Translations under genes and position numbers: made by a program
Notes under the pieces: generated by a model
Databases searched by the model: none
Seen by the model: only the letters and a program-made list of their open reading frames with translations
Told to the model about the DNA's origin: nothing
Virus record (IMG/VR): IMGVR_UViG_3300033463_000048
Coordinates: 39,434 to 103,433 of that record
Reading direction: 5' to 3' (one strand)
Length of the DNA stretch: 64,000 nt
DNA from: a virus
Taxonomy: Duplodnaviria > Heunggongvirae > Uroviricota > Caudoviricetes
Shown: positions 18,966 through 28,784 of the stretch, piece after piece
How positions within the stretch are numbered: position 1 is the first letter of the stretch
Layout: each line of letters starts with the position of its first letter

Positions 18966-18977
18966 GAGGAAAAATAA

Positions 18978-19565
18978 ATGCCAATTCCTGAGCATACAAT
19001 AAATAAAGTCATTTATGATGGAAATGTGCTTATTGACTTGACGAGCGATACCGTTGTTGCAAATAAATTATTGTATGGTTATACCGCGCACAGTGCGGAT
19101 GGTGAGATTATTACTGGTACTTGTACCTTTGATGCAGATACTAGTGATGCAACAGCAACAGTTGCTGAAGTTTTAAGCGGAAAAACGTTTTATAAAAATG
19201 GACAGAAGTTGACCGGTACAATGACCAATAGAGGCGCAGTTACCGGTACAATTAGTACAGTAGCGGGTGTATATACAATTCCGCAAGGTTACCACGATGG
19301 TAGTGGCACAGTTAGTATTGATTCTACAGAACAAAGTAAAATTATAGCGGGCAATATTAAGTCTGGAGTTATTATCTTAGGAGTAACTGGTACATATACT
19401 GGTGAAGCAATTAGCGCGCAATCTAAGAATGCAACTCCTACTACTAGTCAACAGACTATTACCCCTGATTCTGGATATGATTACTTGAGTCAGGTAGTAA
19501 TTGCTGCGATTCCTTATACCGAGACAATTAACGCGGCGGGAGGATATACTGCTAGTATTGCCTAA
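18978..19565 (+). CDS. tail fibre-associated protein sharing N-terminal anchor domain with downstream fibre
   Basis: N-terminus TINKVIYDGNVLIDLTSDTV nearly identical to N-terminus of 19581..22502; Gly/Thr-rich repeats. Confidence 0.55.
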   Translation: MPIPEHTINKVIYDGNVLIDLTSDTVVANKLLYGYTAHSADGEIITGTCTFDADTSDATATVAEVLSGKTFYKNGQKLTGTMTNRGAVTGTISTVAGVYTIPQGYHDGSGTVSIDSTEQSKIIAGNIKSGVIILGVTGTYTGEAISAQSKNATPTTSQQTITPDSGYDYLSQVVIAAIPYTETINAAGGYTASIA

Positions 19566-19580
19566 TTGGAGTAAAAGGAT

Positions 19581-22502
19581 ATGGCGATTAATAAAGTCAT
19601 TTATGATGGGAATACGTTAATTGATTTGACAAGTGATACTGTGGATGCAAGTACACTATTAGTTGGATATACTGCACACGATCGTAGTGGCGCGGTTATT
19701 AATGGTGCATTTGATTCAAGTATTTACGTTTTAAAAGCTGGAGATACGATGACCGGCGCGCTCACCTTATCGGGCGCGCCTACTTCTAATTTACACGCTG
19801 CAACTAAAAAATACGTAGATGATGCTGTTGGCGCAATTACAGATACGAAAGTTACGCAGACAGTTACAACTACTAGCGCGGCTTATCCTATTCTTTTTGG
19901 CGCAAGTTCTATTACACTTAACTCAGAAGCAACGACCAAAACCGAGGGCGCGCGGATCAGTGGTGCGATTAGTGTTAATCCTGCTACGGGTACTATTAAT
20001 GCAAGACGTATTCATACGGGAACTACTTCACAGTATGGGCGCGTTGTGTTGGGTAATGGTATTGCGAATGGTACTGCTGGATGCTCTCATGGAGAGATTT
20101 ATATTTATGGTAAAGGGGATAAGTATGCTAGAATTTATGATAAAGATGGCGTACTTACTGCAAATAGAGAACTTTATTTTCCTAATATAAGTGGGTATAT
20201 TACCATTATAGATTCCATAACGGGTACTGCCGGAAATGGGAAGACGATTACAAGTTTTACCAATAGTAATGGTGAGGTAGATATTACTTTTGGTAATATA
20301 TCTATCACTAAATCTCAAGTAAGTGATTTTCCAACTCTTGCGACTGTAGCAACTAGTGGATCTTACAATGATTTAAGTAATAAACCGACTATTCCTACAA
20401 TTACTGATACCTATTCTGGGACTTCCTCTAACGGAATGAGCGGTAAAGCAGTTAAAAGTGCCATTGATGCACTTGATGGATCTATTACAGGTTCGGCTGG
20501 ATCAGGTAAAACCCTTACTGCATTTTCACAGACCAATGGTGTAGTTAGCGCGACTTTTGGAAATATTAGTATAACTAAATCTCAAGTTTCTGATTTTCCT
20601 ACATTAGCTACCGTAGCAACTAGTGGAAGTTATAATGACTTAACTAATAAGCCCACTACTTTTGTACTAAAAGCGGGCGATACAATGACCGGTGAACTTA
20701 TTATGGATAATAAGGCGGTCAAAGTTAATATTGGTAATAGTGCTATTGCTACATTCCAAGCGATCGCACAATCGGGTGTAAAATGTACTAGTTCTTATAT
20801 ATCTGGCGCCTGTGCGCATGGTATGTGGTCAACTGGTTATGCTACTTCGTTAACAGATACAACCACTTATGTGGAAGATGGAGCATGGATAATTTATCGT
20901 ACAACTGGTGGAGATATTTGCATTCCTAAATGGGGTTCTATTGGAACAGCATCTAAACCTATATATTTTGATGCATATGGTAAGCCGCTTGAATGTAATA
21001 CAATTCCAACAATAACCGATACGTATTCGGGAACTTCTTCTGATGGTATGAGCGGTAAGGCTGTAAAAAGTGCTATTGATGCGCTTGACGGATCAGTTAC
21101 GGGAAGCGCGGGCGCTGGAAAGACTTTAACTGCTTTTTCTCAGACTAATGGAGTGGTAACGGCTACATTTGGAAATATATCTATTACTAAGTCCCAAGTG
21201 AGCGATTTTCCTACACTTGCAACAGTTGCAACGAGCGGAAGCTATACCGATTTAAGTAATAAACCTACTATTACTGATGAAAATGTATTACAAACACAGA
21301 CCCTTTCAAGTAATACAAGTACATATCCTATCTTATTTTCTGCAACTTCTCATACAGCAGGAAATGATCCATCTACGACTACAACAGGCGCAAGAATAAG
21401 TGGTGGAATTTTTTATCAACCATCAACTGCAACATTATATGTAAGAAAAATTCATTCTAGTACTACAACTGCATATAGTAGAGTTGTTCTTGGTAATGGA
21501 ATTGCTGATGGAACGGCTGGTGCCTGCGATGGTAGAATTGTTATTTATGGTAAAGGAACTAAGTATTTCCAACTTGCAGATAATAATAATGCATTGACTG
21601 CAGATCGTACACTTAATGCACCTGACGTAAGTGGTACTATTGCAACTCTTGAACATATATATAGTATATCTGGTCGTGTAGCAACAATTGCTGCCAATTC
21701 TAATTTAAATTCCTCAGCCTTTACTGTGCCGGGTAGGTATTATTGTAGTTCTACTAATGCTGCTACATTAACTAATAGCCCGGTTACAACTACTGGATTT
21801 GTTATGGATGTAGAGAATTTAGTTGGTAGTGCAATGGTAGAAATTGGAGGCACCGCAAGTAATTATCGTAGAAGAACAATTCGTGGAGCAACTTCTTCTG
21901 ACTGTGTATATATACAAATTTGTTATACTGACTCAAGTAAAGTAGAAACCTATAATAGCTGGATTAGAATGGCTTCTACAAGTACCGCACTTTTGAAGTC
22001 CGGTGGAACAATGACGGGCGCCTTAACACTTTCTGGCGCGCCAACATCAAATCTTCATGCGGCGACAAAGAAATATGTAGATGATGCAGTTTCAGGATTA
22101 AGTGGAACAGTTACATCTGTAGAAGTTACGGGTAGTAAGGGAATTAGTGTAAGTGGTAGTCCGATTACTACTAGTGGAACTATTGCAGTTAGTGTATCTA
22201 CTTCAAGTGGAACGGCTACAAGAAATACAACTAATACTTCTGCGGGTGTAGTTAAATATAATAAATATGGTAGAGTTGTAAATGTATATACTGATACAAA
22301 TATTACTTGTAGTGGTACATTAAATAGTGGTAAAGTAATATGTACTCTTCCAAAGCCTGCACAAATAACTACTGTTGGAGAATTTAGCTTTGGCTCTTAT
22401 TCTTCAGTTCCATTTGCAATTAATACCGATGGAGAGTTATATCCACTTTCAACGATATCTGGAACCGGTAGAGTTGGTTTCACATATATATCTGCTTCTT
22501 AA
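19581..22502 (+). CDS. tail fibre protein with internal repeats
   Basis: 973 aa; LKAGDTMTGALTLSGAPTSNLHAATKKYVDDAV motif at both ends; three copies of a ~90-130-aa repeat. Confidence 0.65.
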   Translation: MAINKVIYDGNTLIDLTSDTVDASTLLVGYTAHDRSGAVINGAFDSSIYVLKAGDTMTGALTLSGAPTSNLHAATKKYVDDAVGAITDTKVTQTVTTTSAAYPILFGASSITLNSEATTKTEGARISGAISVNPATGTINARRIHTGTTSQYGRVVLGNGIANGTAGCSHGEIYIYGKGDKYARIYDKDGVLTANRELYFPNISGYITIIDSITGTAGNGKTITSFTNSNGEVDITFGNISITKSQVSDFPTLATVATSGSYNDLSNKPTIPTITDTYSGTSSNGMSGKAVKSAIDALDGSITGSAGSGKTLTAFSQTNGVVSATFGNISITKSQVSDFPTLATVATSGSYNDLTNKPTTFVLKAGDTMTGELIMDNKAVKVNIGNSAIATFQAIAQSGVKCTSSYISGACAHGMWSTGYATSLTDTTTYVEDGAWIIYRTTGGDICIPKWGSIGTASKPIYFDAYGKPLECNTIPTITDTYSGTSSDGMSGKAVKSAIDALDGSVTGSAGAGKTLTAFSQTNGVVTATFGNISITKSQVSDFPTLATVATSGSYTDLSNKPTITDENVLQTQTLSSNTSTYPILFSATSHTAGNDPSTTTTGARISGGIFYQPSTATLYVRKIHSSTTTAYSRVVLGNGIADGTAGACDGRIVIYGKGTKYFQLADNNNALTADRTLNAPDVSGTIATLEHIYSISGRVATIAANSNLNSSAFTVPGRYYCSSTNAATLTNSPVTTTGFVMDVENLVGSAMVEIGGTASNYRRRTIRGATSSDCVYIQICYTDSSKVETYNSWIRMASTSTALLKSGGTMTGALTLSGAPTSNLHAATKKYVDDAVSGLSGTVTSVEVTGSKGISVSGSPITTSGTIAVSVSTSSGTATRNTTNTSAGVVKYNKYGRVVNVYTDTNITCSGTLNSGKVICTLPKPAQITTVGEFSFGSYSSVPFAINTDGELYPLSTISGTGRVGFTYISAS
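20200..21265 (+). repeat. intragenic tandem/dispersed repeats (three copies of FGNISITKSQVSDFPTLATVATSGSY(N/T)DL(S/T)NKPT module)
   Basis: Near-identical nucleotide blocks at ~20270-20400, ~20560-20660 and ~21170-21260. Confidence 0.7.
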
Positions 22503-22517
22503 GGAGGAAGTTAAAAA

Positions 22518-22721
22518 ATGTATTATTTAGCAATTATTCAAAATTATACAACACCGGCCTTTTATGCTTATGATACAAAAAGTGCCGCATTGAGTGCGTT
22601 TCATAATGAATTGGCATATCGCCATGAATCGCGCACTTCAACGGTTTGTATTTTGTATGATAGAAAAGGTAACGAGTTAAAAAGAGATTATTATGATGTA
22701 CAAGATGTAGAGGAGGTATAA
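22518..22721 (+). CDS. hypothetical protein
   Basis: RBS aaggagg; 67 aa. Confidence 0.4.
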   Translation: MYYLAIIQNYTTPAFYAYDTKSAALSAFHNELAYRHESRTSTVCILYDRKGNELKRDYYDVQDVEEV

Positions 22722-22725
22722 GTAA

Positions 22726-22911
22726 ATGGTAAAACTTATTAGTACAAATGGGGTTTATGATGCTCCAATTCCTACCTACTATATTGAAGATGAGAATGAC
22801 TTGACTAATGTACCTGCCGAAGCGCCCGCTGGAACGATTGTGGAGTGTAATGCGAGTGGTGGATTTAAGCTATTTATGAAGGATAGCCAAGGGAATTTTA
22901 ATGAACTTTAA
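22726..22911 (+). CDS. hypothetical protein
   Basis: 61 aa, RBS ggaggt. Confidence 0.35.
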   Translation: MVKLISTNGVYDAPIPTYYIEDENDLTNVPAEAPAGTIVECNASGGFKLFMKDSQGNFNEL

Positions 22912-22922
22912 GAGGTGAGAGT

Positions 22923-23570
22923 ATGGAAGATAGAGATTTAATGCTTTATTCTTATCTTAAAGGAAAAGGAGGCGGAGGCGGCGGTGGCGGAGAAAAGCCG
23001 CTAAAAATTCTTGATTATCAAGAAGTTAGAAGTGGTAATGGTACTTCTTGGACTTCCAAATCTTTTTCATTAAAGGCTGGGGATACTCTTATTTTTGCTA
23101 TAATGCATAGAGATGAAATTACTACCGCACCTCAAGGTTTTACTTTGATTACAAGTAATCAATCTATGAGTTGGCAACGAATTTCGATATATGCCTATAC
23201 TGCAACAGACACGGAAACTAAGACGGCAAGTTTTACACTATCTAATGCAAGAAGATATGATTGTTATTTATGGAAAATGGAAAACGTGTCCGTATCTGAA
23301 AATGCTAGTTTAAAAAAGGGACAAAAGTATAGTGGTAGTTTTTCATTTACGAATGAATATCGACCAATGTTGATTTTATTTGGTTGTTATAATGGTAATA
23401 ATTGGAGCCTTTCTAGTGAATTAAAAGGACAACTTATATTTCCGGTTATGGAATTCACAACTTATGCAATAAATTTTAATACTGCTTATTCTTCTACACT
23501 TACCTTTACTGCTCCAAGTGATCAATGGAGTACGGCAGGTATATATTTAACAGAAGTAAGCGAACCTTAA
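22923..23570 (+). CDS. hypothetical structural protein with poly-Gly linker
   Basis: KGKGGGGGGGGEK linker then beta-rich domain; followed by strong terminator. Confidence 0.45.
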   Translation: MEDRDLMLYSYLKGKGGGGGGGGEKPLKILDYQEVRSGNGTSWTSKSFSLKAGDTLIFAIMHRDEITTAPQGFTLITSNQSMSWQRISIYAYTATDTETKTASFTLSNARRYDCYLWKMENVSVSENASLKKGQKYSGSFSFTNEYRPMLILFGCYNGNNWSLSSELKGQLIFPVMEFTTYAINFNTAYSSTLTFTAPSDQWSTAGIYLTEVSEP

Positions 23571-23599
23571 ATTTGTTTTTAAGGTAATAAAGAATAACT

Positions 23600-23625
23600 A
23601 GAAGGGACATTAGTCCCTTCTTTTT
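23600..23625 (+). terminator. rho-independent terminator
   Basis: gaagggac-atta-gtcccttc followed by ttttt. Confidence 0.8.
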
Positions 23626-23764
23626 ATATACTTTTTATATAAAATGCCCAATCCCTATATAAATCTTTGTTGAAACGTGATACGCATTTCCTCACACCAT
23701 TCGTGAGATTGCGCATCACGTTTTTTACTTTAGAATAGAACAGAGAAAAGGAGGAAAAATCTAA

Positions 23765-24157
23765 ATGTTCATTGCATATAACCCAAACCCAATCGCGCGC
23801 AGAGTAGGAGATTGTAGCGTGCGAGCTATCGCCAAAGCACTATCTATTTCTTGGGAAGAAGCCTACGCACGCCTTACCGCTGCAGGATTTGCTATGGGCG
23901 ATATGCCATCTGCGGATATAGTATGGGGTGCAGTATTACGACAAAACGGTTTCGCGCGCGAAGCAATACCTAATACTTGCCCCGACTGCTATACCGCGCA
24001 AGATTTTTGTAAAGACCATCAAACCGGCACATATGTACTCTCCTTCGGTGGCCATGTAGTTACGGTAGTAGATGGGAATTTATATGATACTTGGGATAGT
24101 TCCCAACTAATCCCGCAATTCTATTGGTATAAGGAGAAAGAAAATGGAACTGAATAG
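23765..24157 (+). CDS. hypothetical protein with possible Cys/His peptidase-like dyad
   Basis: GDCSVRAIAKAL ... GGHVVTVVDG pattern; speculative. Confidence 0.3.
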   Translation: MFIAYNPNPIARRVGDCSVRAIAKALSISWEEAYARLTAAGFAMGDMPSADIVWGAVLRQNGFAREAIPNTCPDCYTAQDFCKDHQTGTYVLSFGGHVVTVVDGNLYDTWDSSQLIPQFYWYKEKENGTE

Positions 24158-24524
24158 GAATTATAATTATTATACCCCATATGTACCAACTTACGTTGGC
24201 TCTCAACAGATTCCTACGTATTCTTTGCGCCCTACACCTCTCCAATGGTATTGGTTCCAAGGCGGAGAAGAGGTTGCAAAGAACTGGTCGGTAATGCCGG
24301 GTAACACAGTTGCACTATGGGATGCAGATACGCAAGTTATATATTTAAAATCGACCGATCAAACTGGACGCCCAACCATTCAGACTTTGGATTATACAAT
24401 CCGTGAAAATATGGTGAGCGCGCCAAGTGAGTATATAACTAAGTCAGAACTTGATTCTGCAATTTCTTCTCTTCAAGAGAAGTTAGATTCTATTTTAAAG
24501 AAAAAGGAGGATAAGTCTAAATGA
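24144..24524 (+). CDS. hypothetical protein
   Basis: 126-aa ORF, ATGA overlap with upstream gene. Confidence 0.4.
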   Translation: MELNRNYNYYTPYVPTYVGSQQIPTYSLRPTPLQWYWFQGGEEVAKNWSVMPGNTVALWDADTQVIYLKSTDQTGRPTIQTLDYTIRENMVSAPSEYITKSELDSAISSLQEKLDSILKKKEDKSK

Positions 24525-24727
24525 ATCCACTCTACCAACAATTAATGGCTAACTCGCCTGCTAATGGCGCGATGAATTTACTTCAGCGTTTTATGGAGTT
24601 TAGAAATAACTTTTCAGGAAATGCACAGCAAGAGGTTCAAAAGCTCCTGAATTCTGGTCGCATTTCTCAAGAACAGTATAATAATGCAATAATGCAAGCA
24701 CAACAATTATCTCAATTTTTTAAGTAA
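24521..24727 (+). CDS. hypothetical protein
   Basis: 68 aa, Gln/Asn-rich. Confidence 0.35.
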   Translation: MNPLYQQLMANSPANGAMNLLQRFMEFRNNFSGNAQQEVQKLLNSGRISQEQYNNAIMQAQQLSQFFK

Positions 24728-24781
24728 TAAATCGGTGCGCACGATTTATATATAATTTATTTTTTAGGAGGACATAAAGAA

Positions 24782-25438
24782 ATGGCTTTAACAGAAAGCG
24801 AAGGAATGGGTACAACTATGCTCGTTTCACCCGCCGGTGCGAACGGTGGATTTGGTAACGGATTTGGAGACGGTGGCTGGTGGATTTTGTTGCTGTTTAT
24901 TCTCCTTGGTGGTAATGGCTTCGGAGGTAATGGAATGGGAGGAATCTATCCTTGGATGAATCAGTCTAACCAAATCTCAAATGGTTTTGAGAACCAACTT
25001 TTAAATTCTAATATCGCTGGTATTAGAGGAGATTTAGGCGCACTTCAGAACGCGCTTATTGATGGACAGTTTGCAAATCTTCAGCAAAGCTTTGGCGTAC
25101 AGAGCGCACTTCAGAATTGCTGCTGCGAGAATAGAGGCGCGATTGCGGATCTTAAATATACGATTGCAACGGAAAACTGCGCGGATCGTGCGGCGGTTTC
25201 TGATGCATTGCGCGATGTAATTGTGGCGCAGACTGCATCTACTCAGAGAATCCTCGATCAGATGTGCCAGGATAGAATTGATGCGAAGAACGAGAAAATT
25301 GCTGATCTTCAGAGACAACTTACTATGGCTAGTCTTTCGGCTGCACAGAATGCTCAGACGCAGACTATTCTTGCGGATAATGCACTTCAGACAGTTACTT
25401 TGGAGCAGTATCTTCGTAGTCAGGCCGCTACCGCCTAA
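24782..25438 (+). CDS. Gly-rich membrane protein with coiled-coil C-terminus
   Basis: GFGNGFGDGGWWILLLFILLGG TM segment, CCCENRG motif, Ala/Gln-rich coiled coil. Confidence 0.45.
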   Translation: MALTESEGMGTTMLVSPAGANGGFGNGFGDGGWWILLLFILLGGNGFGGNGMGGIYPWMNQSNQISNGFENQLLNSNIAGIRGDLGALQNALIDGQFANLQQSFGVQSALQNCCCENRGAIADLKYTIATENCADRAAVSDALRDVIVAQTASTQRILDQMCQDRIDAKNEKIADLQRQLTMASLSAAQNAQTQTILADNALQTVTLEQYLRSQAATA

Positions 25439-25449
25439 GGAGGTAGTAT

Positions 25450-25755
25450 ATGCATAAGCTTTATGAATTAAAAGAAACGCTTTGTAAGGAATTAGAGGAA
25501 TATGCAAAGAGAGGAAGTAATTTAGATTTACAAAGTTTAAATACAATTGATACACTCGCGCACGCTATAAAGAATTTGGATAAGATAATTGGCGCGAATG
25601 ATTATTCTTCTATGAATTCCTATGGTAATGGTTGGTCTACTCGTGGACGCTATAGTTATAGTGATATGAAAGAGGGATTAAAGAAATTAATTGATAGCGC
25701 GCCGGATGAGCAGACAAAAAGTGAATTAATGCGTATGGCGCAGAGATTTGAATAA
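25450..25755 (+). CDS. hypothetical protein
   Basis: 101 aa; followed by terminator. Confidence 0.4.
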   Translation: MHKLYELKETLCKELEEYAKRGSNLDLQSLNTIDTLAHAIKNLDKIIGANDYSSMNSYGNGWSTRGRYSYSDMKEGLKKLIDSAPDEQTKSELMRMAQRFE

Positions 25756-25772
25756 GTTTATTCTCATACTGA

Positions 25773-25809
25773 AGGGAGAGACTCTAAGTTTTAGAGTCTC
25801 TTCTTTTTT
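25773..25809 (+). terminator. rho-independent terminator
   Basis: gggagagactctaa-gtt-ttagagtctcttc followed by tttttt. Confidence 0.8.
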
Positions 25810-25854
25810 ATATATAAAGGCTTTAAAAAATTTACTTTATTTGAGAAAGAAGTC

Positions 25855-25895
25855 CCAATTTGACTTTCATTGGGATTTATGGTATAATTTAAGAG
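25855..25895 (+). promoter_or_regulatory. sigma-A-type promoter (TTGACT-17-TATAAT) with -35 box inside a hairpin loop
   Basis: ttgact 25860-65, tataat 25883-88, spacer 17; inverted repeat tcccaat/attggga flanks -35. Confidence 0.6.
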
Positions 25896-25928
25896 AATAG
25901 GGAAAGTTTAATTGGAGGAAAAGGATTT

Positions 25929-28772
25929 ATGAGATATAGAGGTGCGGTAAATTATTATGTAAATTTGCCTGCTAATCCTGTACAAGGAGACGTATGGGTA
26001 GTACGTTATCAAGGAGCATCGGGCCAGACTCCTAATGGACATGCATATTGTTGGGAGAATGCGCCGGTTACTACAGATAGAACATATATTGGAGACGTAG
26101 CGGCTTATACAAATTTAGTTAACCATCAATCGGATATAATTAATTGGTTAAAAGATAAAGAACAAAAAGGTATTGCTTGGGCGGGGTTTATTTTTGGAAA
26201 TAATATTACATTTATGGCGCCCAGTAGTACTATTGCAGATGAAGAAGGAGAATATAATAGAGGTGATTTTTTATATCCTCTTGTTTATAGAACTTTAAAT
26301 GGAAGTATATATAATTATAAAATTAGAAAATCAGATAAAGTATCTAATAGTGGTTCTAATTTTAGAGGAAATTATGCTTTTGATTGGAGGCATTATTATA
26401 GTCCGACAAACACTTTAATAGTTTTACCAAGTGCTATAACGTATAGATTATATAATGGAGATTCAACAGAAAATGTAACTATAAATAATGTTCTTTATAC
26501 AAGTTATGCTTTTGGTAGAGTTTCTCCAGGTTCAGTTTCTAGTCCTCCTACAAATACAAATCAATATCAACAATATTTTGGTAATAATACTTCTTCAACA
26601 ATTTATTACGACTGTTTTACTACAGATGAGGCTTCTACCGTTATTGGTAACTTCGTTTCAAGTCGTCCTCTTCTTGATGTAAATGGCGTGCTTGTAGAAC
26701 CTGGTCCTACCACATATACTCTTTGTTATGCTGGTACTGAAGAAGCTCTCCAATGGGTAGATCTTGGTGATCTTGGTGGCAATCTCCCTTCCGGTAAAGG
26801 GAAAATTTACTATAATGGAATCTGTTATAGTGCCGGCGGTGGAGAAAGTGGGAAGTTTTTCCATAGAGAAGAAATTGATACGACTACTTCTAATTTAATT
26901 GTAGTTGATAATTCAACTTTTACCAATCCAAACTCGACTCCTTTAGCAGAGAATATTATTTTATTAAATGAAAGTGAATTAACTCTTATTGCAGATAGTG
27001 AGAACGAATGTAATAGTAATATTATCGCGCAAGAAGGAGGATTAATTACTGGTAAGAAAATTTCAAATAATATAATCCTTGGAAAATATAATTATATATA
27101 TAGTGATAATTATTTTAAAAATGCAATTATATTAGGGCAAAGCAACCACTATGCATCATCAACTACGCCTAATAGTGATTCAAATCCAATTTTAATTGGA
27201 TATAATAATACCGTAGAATGCGATGGCGCGCTTGAAACGAGTACTGTTGATGTGCCTTATATTTTATTAGGTTCTAATAATACTGCATATGAACAAAGTG
27301 ACACAGAAAATAGTTATTATGTTGCTGCAATTGGAAATTCTAATACAGTTAAAGGTACAAAAAGTATTGCCATTGGATATAACGTTATTGTAAGCGGAGA
27401 ATATACTAATTCGCTTGGGACCTCTTATTGGGGAAATAATACTGTTTTAGGTAATGAGATAAATGTTAGTGGCTCTTATATAAAAGCACTTGGTAGAAGT
27501 ATAAATTTTGGTAATAGTTCTGAAATGGTCTTGATAGGTCAAATTCTTAACGGTGCCAACGCATATGAAAGTGCGGTTATTGGATACTATAATAGTATGG
27601 CTAGTTCTACTTGTTGTGGTGTTTTTGGTGCAAATACTTATACTTTTGCCGGAAATTATTATACATATGCTATTGGAGTACAAAATCAAGCAACTTCATC
27701 ATATTATTCTTATATTTTAGGTTATTATAATCGTATAAATGGTTCTAATTTTGGACATATTGTTGGATATAATAACACAATTAATAGTTGTAGTTATCAA
27801 GGTGCCTATATATTTGGATATACTAATTCTTTAAGTGCCGCCAACGATAGTTATGTAATAGGACAAGAGAATACAGTTACTGGTAGTATGTATAATTATG
27901 CTATTGGTAAAAATATTTATCTTTTAAATGGTTCTAATAATAACCTTATTTTTGGTAAGGGTATAGAATTAACGAGTTTTTCTGATAAAATTCGTATTGG
28001 TTATTATCCATTAACTAATAATGATTTCTTTGCTATTGGTGATGGAGAAGATTCTAGTCGTTCTTCAGTTTTTCGTATTGACGCAAATAAAAACTTCTAT
28101 CTAAACTCAACTGTTCCATTACCTCCAGTTCCAAGCGCAGATGGAACTTATACGCTTTCTGTTGCATCGGGCGCATCATCATGGGTGACTGGTGGAGGTG
28201 GAAGTTCGGTAGTTGCAAATCCTAGTGGAAGCGCGACTGATTCACTTACGAAGATTTCTATTGATAATATAATTTATAGTTTAAGTGGAACGGGTACTTA
28301 TGTAGAGGCAAACCCTAGTGGTACGGGAAGTACAGACTTAACTTCAGTTGAAATTGGAAGCACAATTTATAATATACCACAAGGAGTTAATGTAGTTGCT
28401 AATCCAAGTGGAACCGCAAGTACGGACTTAACTTCTCTTGAAGTGGGTAGTACAGTATATTCAATTCCTCAGGGAACGAGCGTAACAGCGAATCCAAGTG
28501 GAAGTGCAACCGACACATTAAACAAATTACAGGTCGGCTCGACGATTTACAGCATCCCATCCGGCGGCGGACTGATCGTATCAGGAACACTTGCAGCCGG
28601 CGCAACATCAATCACATTGTCAGATGCCGGAATAACAACTTCTGCAATGGTAGACATTTATACTGACGAATACGGAGTAAACCCAACAGACGCCGTTGTT
28701 ACAAATGGAAGCATCACACTGACCTTTGCAGCACGTCAGACAGCATTAAACATAAAGGTTTGTTTTTCATAG
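25929..28772 (+). CDS. tailspike / receptor-binding protein with parallel beta-helix repeats and C-terminal tandem repeats
   Basis: 947 aa; repeated GxNNTV/NxxxG beta-helix-like units; four tandem ~38-aa repeats ANPSG(S/T)A(T/S)D...; C-terminus GC-rich. Confidence 0.6.
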   Translation: MRYRGAVNYYVNLPANPVQGDVWVVRYQGASGQTPNGHAYCWENAPVTTDRTYIGDVAAYTNLVNHQSDIINWLKDKEQKGIAWAGFIFGNNITFMAPSSTIADEEGEYNRGDFLYPLVYRTLNGSIYNYKIRKSDKVSNSGSNFRGNYAFDWRHYYSPTNTLIVLPSAITYRLYNGDSTENVTINNVLYTSYAFGRVSPGSVSSPPTNTNQYQQYFGNNTSSTIYYDCFTTDEASTVIGNFVSSRPLLDVNGVLVEPGPTTYTLCYAGTEEALQWVDLGDLGGNLPSGKGKIYYNGICYSAGGGESGKFFHREEIDTTTSNLIVVDNSTFTNPNSTPLAENIILLNESELTLIADSENECNSNIIAQEGGLITGKKISNNIILGKYNYIYSDNYFKNAIILGQSNHYASSTTPNSDSNPILIGYNNTVECDGALETSTVDVPYILLGSNNTAYEQSDTENSYYVAAIGNSNTVKGTKSIAIGYNVIVSGEYTNSLGTSYWGNNTVLGNEINVSGSYIKALGRSINFGNSSEMVLIGQILNGANAYESAVIGYYNSMASSTCCGVFGANTYTFAGNYYTYAIGVQNQATSSYYSYILGYYNRINGSNFGHIVGYNNTINSCSYQGAYIFGYTNSLSAANDSYVIGQENTVTGSMYNYAIGKNIYLLNGSNNNLIFGKGIELTSFSDKIRIGYYPLTNNDFFAIGDGEDSSRSSVFRIDANKNFYLNSTVPLPPVPSADGTYTLSVASGASSWVTGGGGSSVVANPSGSATDSLTKISIDNIIYSLSGTGTYVEANPSGTGSTDLTSVEIGSTIYNIPQGVNVVANPSGTASTDLTSLEVGSTVYSIPQGTSVTANPSGSATDTLNKLQVGSTIYSIPSGGGLIVSGTLAAGATSITLSDAGITTSAMVDIYTDEYGVNPTDAVVTNGSITLTFAARQTALNIKVCFS
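28196..28560 (+). repeat. four tandem ~114-bp coding repeats in tailspike C-terminal region
   Basis: ANPSGSATDSLTKISIDNIIYSLSG / ANPSGTGSTDLTSVEIGSTIYNIPQG / ANPSGTASTDLTSLEVGSTVYSIPQG / ANPSGSATDTLNKLQVGSTIYSIPSG. Confidence 0.7.
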
Positions 28773-28784
28773 GAGGACGGCAAC

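Noticed and set aside
19819-20318. ORFs 19819..20190 (+) and 20028..20318 (-) inside the tail-fibre gene
   Set aside because: They are alternative-frame or antisense ORFs within a well-supported 973-aa gene. Their amino-acid composition is typical of out-of-frame translation.
22975-23000. G-rich run ggcggaggcggcggtggcgg as a possible G-quadruplex or slippery site
   Set aside because: It encodes an in-frame poly-Gly linker (GGGGGGGG) in 22923..23570. There is no frameshift signature and no alternative downstream frame.
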